DNA from: Oculina patagonica
Taxonomy: Eukaryota
NCBI RefSeq assembly: GCF_052425735.1
Contig: NC_135770.1
Coordinates: 26,102,001-26,165,711 of the forward strand
Direction of reading: 5' to 3'
DNA length: 63,711 nucleotides
In this document: piece after piece, positions 1 to 11,940 of the stretch
How the letters are laid out: each line of letters opens with the position of its first letter
How positions within the stretch are numbered: position 1 is the first letter of the stretch
Position numbers and translations under genes: made by a program
Notes under the pieces: model-generated
What the model was told of the DNA's origin: nothing
The model's database searches: none
The model's input: the letters and a program-made list of their open reading frames with translations, nothing else

Positions 1-294
1 GATATGCCGCCGAAGCGTACCAAAAAGGGTACGATTAGGTATAAATAGCTTCCAAATCAACTCAAAAACACACCGGAAAACAGGTTTAAAAACAAAATAT
101 TTATATAATGACTATGATATTTTTAAAACATTTGGATTCCCTGACGGCGAGGCGCTTGTCCCTCCCCGCAAGCTCTGGCGGGGGGCACCTTCCCTTGTTT
201 ACGCCGGACCCCAACAGAATATATACATGGTCATATTTTTTAACATTCACGGAAGACGGATCCAACGATAACATCTTAGATTTTTCTTTCACCC

Positions 295-1482
295 GTTTTG
301 CCTTGACCTAATCAAGAACTTGGACAAAGGTAAGAACAAAAAAAACTATAAAGCGAAGCAACGCAACAGAAGAACCTTAGACCCGGGAGTTAAAAGCGCT
401 GTCATGCAACTATTTAGCAACTTTCACAAACGGTAGCTACCTAAAGTGAAACTTAATTACATGTTCAGCCCAAAAGTTTTTCATTTAGAACTTATATTAA
501 TATAGCAATAATATGGTGCCTCAACCAATACTATACCAAAACGCAGGGTGCTATCTGGGATCTGGTCACGGCGGTTGTCGATTTCATGTGCCGGAAGTTA
601 CGCAAGTGTGAAATACATTATCTGCACACCGCATGACAAAGGGCCGACAAATCTCAGTTTTCGAAAAGAAGATTTGCCGGCCGAATCGATTTATCAACCA
701 CTGCTACTGTCCGGAACGTTTCGGTCCGATTTTCGGATAGGATATGCCTTCTAATTACACGGATAGGATAGGCCTTCTGTTTACACGGGGCCGTTATGGA
801 ACCGGTGCGGGACGGAACCAAAACTGGACCTGCTATTTTGCAGGTCAAGTTATGGAACCGTTCCGGACCGGTTCCAGAACCGTCCTGTGTAAACACATGG
901 ATCGGTGCCAAACGCTTCCGTGTAAACAGAGGCCGATCCGGTCCGGTCCAGTTCGGAACGGCTGCGGTCCGGTCCCGTGTAAACGTAGCCTAGCTGGTTA
1001 GAGTATAAAAATGACTGAAAAAAGGCAAGGACAGGACTAACACCAGGTGTCCGTCTTATAGAGATCTTCAATAAGGGAGAGTTGACTCTACAACTGTTTT
1101 GCCTTAGCCTAATCAAGAATTTGAACAAGGGTAAGAACTGGATAAAAAATATGCAGCAAAGCGAAGCAACGCAACAGAAGAACTTTCGACCCGGAAGTTA
1201 AAAGCGCTTTCATGCAACCATTTAACAACCATTTAACAACTCTCTCAGCCCAAAAGTTTTTCATTGAGAGCTTATGTTAAAATGATAAAAATAGTGCCTC
1301 AACCAATCACCAAAAAGCAGGGTGCTTTCTGGTCACGGTGGTTGTCGATTTCATGTGCCGGAAGTTACTCAAGTGTGAATTAATTATCTGCATACCGCAG
1401 GACAAAGGGCCGACAAATCTCAAATGGCGGTTTTCGAAACGAAGATTCGCCGGCCGTATCGATTTATCTACCACTGCTGCTA
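295..1482. repeat. Diverged ~400-bp direct repeat (295-708 and 1096-1482)
   Basis: Both units start GTTTTGCCTT..CCTAATCAAGAA and end GATTTATC.ACCACTGCT.CT. Confidence 0.8.
709..990. mobile_element. Left-truncated Harbinger-like MITE
   Basis: Right terminus CCCGTGTAAACGTAGCC; internal TTTACACG/CGTGTAAAC and GGAACCG repeats. Confidence 0.5.
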
Positions 1483-2365
1483 AGCTTTAAGTTGATTTAA
1501 AGCAAAGTACTTCGTATTCCTGTTTACACTGATCAGTTAAGACTCAGGACTGTTTTCAAGAATGCATGGAAAAGAACTGTCACTTCAAGACGTGGAAATC
1601 AGTTACAAATGGCGCGTCAAGAAAATTGGATAACAGCTTCGCCGAGGGCTTAGGTTTTGTGGTAAATGAGGAAAACAGGATTTACAATGTATCAGCGAAC
1701 ACCACGGTAAGCAAGTCTATGTTTTTATTTTACTCAGTTGAAGTTCACATGGGGAAAATTAACCTTTGCGTGGAATGTTTACATAATGTTGATAAGATCA
1801 ACAATGTCACGGTCGGTTAAATTAACGAATTTTAAGCAACTTTGAGATCTGAAAGCATCGCTCTAAATCATTTCTCCACGAAATCCTTTTAGTATCGAAA
1901 AGAACAATCATTTATCTGTCTAATACCAAATTTTCGGCCATTTATTTTGCTTCGCTCATACTTAAATAAAGCGATAAGTTTGACCTATTTTGAATTAAAT
2001 CAAAATTGTGTCGAATAAACTTAATTACATTTTGTAAATTAAAGGACTTTAAGAGCAGAAATTGCTTTCGACGTACTAATTTGATGTTATTCTTCGATAT
2101 TAAATAGGTACTTTTCTTCCAGAGTGCTTTATTTTTCGACGCGAAGCTAACAAACTCGGCATAAATTTTGAGCTCCGAAAGCGTCAATTTTGCTGGATTT
2201 TAGAATTATAGATTTTCTCGAAAACAAATCGATATTTAGCCAAACAAAGTATACTGTGATTTATTTTATATTAAGGCCTACCCATGGTAAGAGAATGAGC
2301 GAAATCCATTACAGGGCTGTTGCCAAGAATTTTCATTTTTGTTTGAAATTTGTGCATATGTCCTC
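1483..2365. mobile_element. Right end of a TTAA-targeting DNA transposon (Sola3- or Kolobok-like)
   Basis: Ends ...TGCATATGTCCTC|TTAA (TTAA at 2366-2369), exactly where identity with copy B (37511) begins. Left end not found in window; start coordinate approximate. Confidence 0.45.
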
Positions 2366-5300
2366 TTAACCCTTATGAGTTTCTGATACCGAATGACAAC
2401 ATGCTATATTCCCTAGGCGGCAAGTTTTAAATACTCTGTGGTTCTTAAACTCGGCTTTTGTGCAACAACGTTTTATTCAGTTGATAAATATTCTGTGAAT
2501 AGCAGGTTTTTAGAAGCTTTAGAGGAGCTTCAGCGCGCAAAGCGCGCAAGCGCAGCACCATGGGTAAGGAAATTTGGGATAATGGAGCCGAAAAAATATG
2601 GTTATCGAGTGAGCGTACGCGCGCCCGCCCGCACGCGCCTACAGACTCTCGAGGAGGGGGGGGAGGAGTCACAAGGCAACCAACGTGGGCTTGTATCTTT
2701 GATATTGGACATCCATGTATGATCAATTGGCAGCTGTCAGAACAAGTAATCGGCTGATCAGTATCACATGACCGTTTTGCGGGCTCATGTGTACAGCTCA
2801 TCAAGGTCATGTGATTTTTTAAGCCGACCGCTGGCCCGGTTACTGTTTTTCATTCGATCGCGGGCTCAAATCAAACTTTTTTTGTCTAGGGTAATGACAG
2901 GATTTTGTAAGCGAAATTTTTGCGATTGGATTTGACGATAAATTTCGGCTATGGATCTTTCTGGAGTGTGTACGTTTGATAACTTCCATAACAGTATTTT
3001 CAGTTAGAGTATTTTCACAAAATTTAAAGAACCAGAATAAAAGTTTGAAGCTCCACCTTTAGGCTTGGCTAAATCTATAATTATATTATCGGATGTATAC
3101 GCTTATCCAATGAAAAAATATATCTTCTCTTTAAAAATTGGGGCGCCATTTACGCGATTGACTGCAATAAAGATGGTTATATTACACAATGAGTGCTGAA
3201 GTCCTACGCGTTCGCTTGCAATTGTTTCTGCATGGAATAACGCTATAAGAAACAGAACAATTCTTTCTTTAGCCATCTTATTAAAGTGTTTTATCAATGA
3301 CTGTTATTTATTCGCAGATGTGGACGAATGTCAAGATATGTCACACAATTGTCATGCTTTGCTAGCCCAATGTAGCAACAATATTGGTTCATTTGACTGC
3401 ACCTGCATTCAAGGATACACGGGAGATGGCGTGGATTGCTTTGGTATGGGTATTCAACAAATTTCTAGTTAGCAGGGTAGGGGAAGCTTATAACTCCTTA
3501 TGAAACCCAGAATGGGATCAAGTTACAGTGTGAACCCAAAAACCCTGCACAGAAAAGCATCGAATGATAGCTCAAACTGCAAGAAATATAAACAAATGGA
3601 CAGAGATGGAGTCAGACGGTTATTTTCATTGACAGATTTGTCCACTATATCTTCTACTTCCTTTTTCAAAGTGTTCGCGATTTTCGTGTTGTCAATGTAA
3701 TGATGAACGACCAACGTCAGCTTTGAATATGAAAAGTATCGATAAGAAAGAACCCATGACCATAAAAACCCCTAATAAAGTTATTAACATATAACTTTTA
3801 ACTTTTTGTTTGAAAAGAATTTTTGAGTGTTCAATAATTAATAATTTTGTATTCGAACGATTCACTGTTAATATGTCCTAGATTCTAGGATTTTGAGGTA
3901 TGTCACATCATACCTTCTAGTGCAATAGTAAACTGCCTATCAGTTAGGGAGAAGACGTGACAACGTCTTCTGTTAATGCTTCTTTCAGTCTTAAATCGAC
4001 TTGAAAATATTTTAATGTCCAATATATTCTCCCACAGATATCGATGAATGTGCAACAGCAACTCATAACTGTCATGGAGTGGCTAACTGTTACAACAATG
4101 AGGGTTCCTTTACCTGCGAGTGTCGAGGTGGTTACATTGGTGACGGAATAATAAGTTGTGAGCCCCTGGGTGAGTGCAAATTAAATTTCCAAGGTTATTG
4201 GGAGTGTTGGCTACAATCAACCCTTTTAGCAACACTGCCTTTGTCAGTGAATAAACTGATTAACTGATTGACTGACTGACTCACTCACCCACCCCACTCA
4301 TTCCAGACTCACAGACAGACGCAACAGACAGACGAAGCGTCTGACTGCATGGCTAGCGTCATGACTGACTGACTGACCGACTGACGGACTTGTTCCGTGA
4401 GTGGTTTGCCTTCAATTCTTTATTCTTTCTCCTTTTCGGCAGGAGATTTCTCGGTTACCATAAGAAACATTTCTAAGGACAAGTACCATGCCATTGTTGT
4501 TGAGCGGTCCGTCAAAAGTGTCCAAGAAGCGATAATTCAAGGTTTAAACAATGATCTCACTGTGATGTCAAGTACCTTGGAATGGCGTATCATTAGTGAA
4601 GCAGAACTTGCTGCTTCAGAGTCAGCCGACGGAACTTTAGTAAGTCAAGGGACAACTGAGTGGACTATAAACAGGAGATCCATACCCGCTGGTATCTATC
4701 AAGTTAAATTCACTGCTGAATACACAATCGGTGATCTTTCGTTCTCACAAAATGTTACTGCCTTTGACTTTGGCTTCATTGAGGTCATTCCTGCTCCAGT
4801 CCGAGCAATTATCGATGGAGGAAGCAGCGTTCGTTGGGGATCCGCGGAAATTGTAACTGTTGACGGCTCATTGAGTTATGATGGAGATATTGGCCCTGGA
4901 GATCATACTGGGCTCAATTTTACTTGGTCATGTACCGATGCAGATGACATTGCTACTATTAGTAATGATTGCTTTGGTTCTTTTGTTGGAGAAGTAAATG
5001 AATTTTCAACAGCCATTAGCATTGATCCTCAGGCTGGACAACTTCAAGTTGGAAAAGCCTATGTTCTAGGGCTGACTGTTTCCAAAGATAACAGAAGCTC
5101 GTTCTGTGAAATGTTGTTTGAGATTGCAGCCGGAGAGGTACCTCAGGTGGCTCTAAGGTAAATAATAGCATCGCACTTAAACTGGAAGGCAATGTGATAA
5201 ATTAGTTTAGAAAGAATGGCTGCTCCTTTGGGCATGGTTTAGTTATCAAAACTAAGTGTTTTACGCCCATGCTTCGTACCATCATGTATGTGAATACATG

Positions 5301-6193
5301 TGTACTGTTTACGAGCAAACATTAACTATTAATTATTTTTAGAATATCCCTTCATTGCTTTCCACACATTTTTAGTTTTTTCGCTTCTTATAGTGATTTC
5401 AATCTCAACTGCTACTCGGTAAGTGCCATTACGTCACTACTAAATATAACCAATTTTATGTTTTCTTATTTTTCAATCTGTTGTAGATGCTTTGTAGATT
5501 GTGGTGCAGTTGTGTCTGCTTCAAACAAGCTTCGAGTGACATCAGAATGCCCAAACTCTCCTTGCAATGGCTCAGTTTATGAATGGCGATTAAAACGATT
5601 CAATGACTATTCAAGCAACTGGGATGATGTGCCTATATTACCTAACATGACGTCGACTGCAGTAAATGCGACCAACATGATTATCAAGAAGAACTCACTG
5701 CAATCAAAATCAAAATACAGTTTAACGTTACTCGTGACATCTTTAGAAGGAGTAGAAGGTTTTTCCGTGCTGGATTTTGAGACAGCTGGAGCGCCGCACA
5801 GCGGACACTGTACAGCGTCAGTCAGTGAAGGCGTGTCACTTGAAACGGAGTTTACCTTCAAGTGCTTTGATTGGCAAGATACAAATGCTCTCACTTATGA
5901 ATTTCAACTTGGAGAAGAGCCAGTATCATATGGCAGCTCTCCCCAGTCTGTGTCGACAGTGTTACCGGCAGGATCACCAGAAGACGATTACCAGTTGCAA
6001 ATTAACATCGTTATCAAGAATGCTGTCGGCGTCGCGGTTCTAGTTAATCTGATTGTTAAGGTACCCATAAAATTGTGGATATATTTCTGTCTAGCTTTCT
6101 ATAACTAATAGGAATAAGAACAACAACGAGAACATAAATCCTCATGCAATGACGTATGGTGAAAAGAACTAAGAAAACAAATTCTGAGTTTAG

Positions 6194-6256
6194 AGATGGG
6201 ACTTGAGCCTACGAAATTCCGTACACTAGTTGAATGCTACAGCCACTGAGCTACTG
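6194..6256 (-). mobile_element. tRNA-derived SINE-like head (also 41341-41403)
   Basis: Minus strand TAGCTCAGTGG (A box) ... GGCTCAAGTCC (degenerate B box); no intact cloverleaf. Confidence 0.55.
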
Positions 6257-9200
6257 ATAGCGCCAGTGGTGAGAGATGGTCAAGTGTGGCGCGACGCCTG
6301 CATCTCGCAACCAGATTACATGTATATTAATGAACGCACATGTAACTGCATAACGCAGTCACATTATAATAATACTCTCAGACTAAATAAACATGCCGTG
6401 GTGTATTCAGTTTCAGTGCATAATTGGCAAACAAATTATCCTGTAGTAACGTAGTCGCTACTTATTTATCTCAATTTATCCTAATTATTGGAGTTATCTA
6501 TCATGGTTCCTGTTGAACTTGATAATACATTCATCATTTTTTCACCGTTGAATGTTATTCGAAGGTTATTATCAATTACATTAACTTTTGCTCAATATGC
6601 CGTGAATTATATCAAACGTATAGAAGACTAATAATGGATTTCCTTGTTAGTACAATATTCATTAGCATTATATGATTCAGTGAAGCAACTTAATAGCTCG
6701 TCTTAAAGTGGATATATAGTGAGTCTTTGTAGGCCAACTTGGAGGTTTTTTGTAATATTTTATTGATGTTCTGTAGGTGACACCGTCGTCCTCCCTTGAT
6801 CCTTGCCTTTCACCGCCAGATGCAGTCGCCATCAAGCTAAAAAGCTATGTAATCGGGGAAGGAAATAAGCTAGATGGATTTCTAAACAAAGGCGAACTCA
6901 GTCAAGCTGTCCAGCTCTCCTTGTCCGTCCCGAAGTCTGCCAATGAGGAATCAACTTGTGGGCAAACATTGGACCCGGATGTAAAAACATTGGTACGTTT
7001 ACAAAAAAAAATATATAGCGATCAAAACGCTTCCATTGGTTAGTATATCGGCCTATGCCATTAACAATTAATAATATACAAAGCAGACACCTATCAAAGC
7101 ATTTTAATCGCTTGCCTGCTGGCATGAAACCTGTGTTAATGGAGGTATGTGGTATTCTTTTTCAGACGTTCTTTTCACAGACCAAAAAAAAAAATTAATG
7201 GGTAAAGCTGTCCATACTAAGTGGCACTTAATATGGATGTGGTGTTATATCGCCACGATTACCTAGGATATGTATTTTGTACGCTTGTCACATTACTCTG
7301 TCGCCTTTCTAGGAACCTTTCTAGGAAATAAATTACAGCTCGATTCATCATTTGTAAAATTGTTTTAGTTTTTATGACCATAATAAAAGAGAACGTTCAT
7401 AGTGATACTCAGGGTCGAGGCAAGTCTCGCTTGATCATGATTGATTATGCCCTTATTTAAAGCACAGCACTTTATATTTCTTGCCGGTCTGTCAAGAACG
7501 AGTGTTCTTAAAAAGCATTACTTTGCCTTCATTGTTTTTAGATTTCAGAAACATTAATTGTAAAGTTTACATCTATAACACCTGAGAGCCTTGACATGTC
7601 TCGCTTGGTTATGTCTGTGGTAAGCGTGGCAATAGCAATGGGTGGAGAACAACAACAATCGAGTGATGGCAATAGCGACAGTACTAGCCTGGTAAGAAAA
7701 TCTTCTATCTAAACAAAGATGGTTTCACTCCTGGCAATTAATGCATCAGCGTTTTTTTCCCTACCTTTTTTATTCACCTTTTAAGCTTCTCAATTGATCA
7801 ATGCATTTATTCAACCTTCCGTCCATCCTCCCATCCATCCATCTTCATCCTTTTTCCTCCTTTCCGTCCGTCACTCCGTCCGTCCATCCGTCCTGATTAA
7901 CGAATGTCGTAAAGTGCACGACATCCGGTACCGCATTCCCACTGCATAAATTTTCATCTGCGCCTGTTAAGTAAAAAATAAATGGAAAGGCTGGGGACGA
8001 ATGAGACGACAAGAAAGCGAGAGTTCAGTTTGGCGTCCGATACACTTCATGCCTTTCCCAAGCTTTCTTCCGAAAATAATTGACAGGTTCAAGTAAGCTT
8101 TGTGTACACAAGTGGTACTGTTTTTATCAGTCGTAAATTTGCTTAAACTGAAATTTCGGTTTACTTTAAACAGGGCAAGGGATAAGTCGTATTTCTCCGC
8201 AGAATTAACTGTAGTTAAATAGAGGAATAAACGCATTTGTGTAATAATACATTTGTAGTAATAAATTCAGTATATGTTCTTGGTTAATTTTCAAACTTTA
8301 TCTCCCTGCGGATTATTGTACACATTTTAATATAGCATTTCTATCCTAGGAGTTAACAATGCAAATGACAGACAAGACAGCGAACATGCTAACGGACACC
8401 CTTAATGACTTAGAGGAGCCATTTTCTCCTGTTTTGGAGCTGACGGCTAAAAGTGTTACAGGATGTCTTACAAATGTTCTTCAGTCGGCAGCAGGTACAA
8501 GTCAAGCGAACGGAGCTTCACCGTCCCCAGAGGTACTGAAACGGCAATGTTGCTTACTGCTTTTCTGGTGTCTGAATATTTGCGGTTAACAACTGAGTTT
8601 GTATGATTTAAGTATTGGCATTTTTGAGCGCCATTAATGAAAAAATCGTAAGCGGAAGGCTATCAATAGTATTTTATTATGTTGATTTGTGTTTAAAACT
8701 TCGTTAAAGAACATAACATCAGTGTTACTTCTTCTGTTGTTACAGTTTGCGAAAAAAGCTTCGGGAAAATTGAGCAACATGAGTGATGCATTCTTTGGCC
8801 GCTTGGTTCCGTCTGAAGACTTAGTTATTAAAACAACCAACTTGGCAATATCTCTTAAGAAGGTCTCCGCTGACGATGTAAAGGGACTGGGTATGGAAGA
8901 AGGGCCTTCGAAATTTAAGTTACTTGGTAACCTTGGAAACCTTGGTGGTGGAAACATCAATGCAAAGGTAAGGAGATCATTTTTGGCGTTCAGAATATTG
9001 TGATAACCTTTATATAGCGTTTAACTTGCCACGATAAAAGTTGCTTTGTAGCACAAACGATGGAATGCGTTTAGTTTGTGAGATACCGTAGATTTCCGCA
9101 AATTAGACTTTCGACAGCAAACTGGAAATGAAGCCCTTAACTCCTTATCTATCACAAGAATATATTTCGTCTAAACTCTCATCGAGGAACATCATCTCCT

Positions 9201-10893
9201 CCCGCTTTCAAGGCTTCAAGAGGTCTGTGTGAATTTGCTTTGTATATTTTTGTCGAATTATATTTATTTTAATAGTGACTCCAGAACGTTTGCTCCATAC
9301 CGTTATATTTTCATTCTCAATATTTCATTCAAATAAAATATATGCCCAAACATTTTTAAATAAAAAATGCTTTCCAATAATTCCACATCGTCATCCTCAA
9401 AGCCATCACAGAAAATGACCCTACCTTAAAAAGGCTTTTCAAACTAGTGCAAGTATATCTTTTTTAAAAAATAGTTTGCTATTTATGCGATTTTCTCTCT
9501 TAGATCAACTACCTCGTGTAAGTGACCGACTTGTATGTTTCAAAGTGAGAAATACATTCGTAGCCCCTACCGAGGAAAACAGGTCTTCAGCAATTGCTTT
9601 AGTAATAAAATTCATAATAACAAAAAAGGCATCATATATTTGATCCTCAATTTCACGCTGCATGGTCTTTTGTTAGCAGCCACGGGCCGAAGACAAAAAA
9701 GACAAACATGGTACATGTATTCAGTTTGTGTCAACCTTTACTTTATATTTCGATCCATATTCTGTCATGCTCGCTTTTATTACGTATTTCACCAACTCAA
9801 TCATTCAATAACAATTTCTGACGCCTTTTATACAGTCGCCTAGTTTAGAGCAAACTAAAACGTCAGCAATAATTATTAAGTCGATTTAAAATGAAGAAAG
9901 CCTAAACAAAATTCTATAGTATAACGTTGGTGAAAGTTGTAATGAAACAAATATTCCACGATTCTCGAATATTTCTGTTGTTTCCTTTTTCAGATGCAGG
10001 CTGTTAATTTTAACCCCTTCACCTGGGACAAGAGCAGCAAGAAGATCAAATCAAGTGTGACCAGTCTCGATCTTCAAAGTGGCAATGGGAAAAAGATTAA
10101 TGTATCAAACCTCGATAGTGACATTGAGATTGTTATTCCGATTGCCAGTCCACCAAGGAACACCAGCAACGGAACTGAACATAATTTCCTAAAGCCAAAC
10201 AAAATGTCCATCCGTAGCTATTACGCTGAGCTAGCAGATGTCCCCGTTTCTATTAAAGTCGGTGTGCAGGCAGAAGGCGCTGTCATCGAATTGTTTGTTA
10301 AATTTGGGTCAAAACCTACGATCGAGGACTCTGATCACAACTTTACAGTTTTGTACACGTGCTCAAACCAAACAGATGACGAGCAAAACGAAACTTCTTG
10401 CCATCTTGAAGAGACCTCTGTAACGGTAGTGCCTCCTGAGCCAATTCGTATTTATGTCGGTCTGTTGTTCCTTGGAGCTAAAAATGTTACTGAACATTCC
10501 AGAAGGCGAAGGTCATGTTTTGGCCATGGTCGTGAAAGACGGTCATGTGTTGGTTTCAAGGACCCACCTCCTAAAGGAGGAGTCTATAAAACGGATGTTC
10601 CACAGTATGACCCGTCAACAGATGCCAACTACTCCTTCACTACTACCCAATCAAGCTGTCTGTACTGGTCTGAAGATAAAGAGAAGTGGACCTCCGATGG
10701 CTGCAAGGTAAATTATATTAACGTTATATCTTTCGTCATCTCACTTTCCACTGTTTTTTTTAATTGACCAAGATCGGGAGACAGAACCAATCTTCCTGCA
10801 AAGCCGTTCTCCAAAAGATAGAAATATTTCAAATCCGGTCGTTCCATTTAATATCGGTCGTTCTCTTCCATAGAAATTCAATCTATCAAACAA

Positions 10894-11572
10894 CAAACCT
10901 CGCTTTTCAGCAGGTCATGTTCCACGTAATTTTAGGGGCTAATAGCTATACCAGGTCTCTCCAGAACTAAATATGTTTAGAGCTTGATTCAGATTAGTCG
11001 TCGATAAACTTTCACGAGAACTGGAATATAAATGCTTTATGGTTTTAAACAGAGGAACGAAGAAAACGCTGGCAGGATTAAAAATATGATAACTGTTGTA
11101 ATTGAAAGCAGATATAATTAGATAGATTCGATCAGAACTGTGGCAGGAATAGGAGATCAAGCAAACCTTGTTTTTCAGCAGGTCATGTTCCACATAATTT
11201 TAGGCGCTAATAGCTATACCAGGTCTCTCCAAAACTAAATATGTTTAGAGCTTGGTTCAGATTAGTCGTCGATAAACTTTCACGAGAACTGGCATATAAA
11301 TGCTTTATGGTTTTAGACAGAGGAACGAAGGAAACGTTGGCAAGTTTAAAAATGTAATAACTGTTGTAATTGAATAAAACTGCTGGAGCGATCTGTAGTC
11401 ATAGCTTAAAATATAAAAATGTTTAAAACAGATCTAAAAATATAAAACGAGACTCTAAATTTTCGATCGCCTTCTGCGGTCTTCTTCAGAGAAGGATGGA
11501 TTTTTGTTGTAATTGAAAGCAGATATAACTAGATAGATTCGATCAGAACTGTGGCAGAAATAGGAGATCAAG
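10894..11572. repeat. Two-unit ~268-bp tandem duplication in intron, second unit interrupted (also 46133-46811)
   Basis: CAAACCT..TTTTCAGCAGGTCATGTTCCAC ... GGAGATCAAG at 10894-11161 and 11162-11572. Confidence 0.85.
11375..11504 (-). mobile_element. 130-bp hammerhead-motif retro-insert (solo Penelope-like pLTR or retrozyme-like), 13-bp TSD; also 46614-46743
   Basis: TSD TGTTGTAATTGAA at 11362-11374 and 11505-11517; empty site in first tandem unit; minus strand CTGAAGA-AGACCGCAGAAGGCGATC-GAAA. Confidence 0.7.
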
Positions 11573-11940
11573 CGGATTTAAACATACAGTTAACTCGTTA
11601 TTTATCTTCCCTGTTACTGACATAGATTGCTTGTTTCTCACCAGGTCGACGCCAGTTCAAACACCACCCATCTTAAATGTCTGTGCAATCATTTGACGTC
11701 CTTTGGAGGAAACTTCATTCAAGCACCAAATCCTATTGACTTTGACAAGGTGTTTACTGAGTTTACAAAGCTTGGTGAAACTGGCAATATCTCAGTACTT
11801 GTGACAATTGCATGTGCTTTTCTCCTTTACTTTGTTGTGTTAATCTTCGCAAGGAGGGCCGACAAGAGAGACGAAAACAAGGTACATCACTGATGGTATC
11901 AAAGTCACCATTAAAATATTATATCTTTTAGCTCATAATT

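Noticed and set aside
654-1128. Several 65-92 aa ORFs
   Set aside because: They arise from the stop-poor internal repeats of a MITE.
2410-3080. GC-rich block ending CCTTTAGGCTTGGCTAAATCTATA as a promoter or CpG island
   Set aside because: It lies inside an intron in copy B (~37555-38225) and looks like a dispersed repeat; I could not define TIRs or a TSD, so it was not called.
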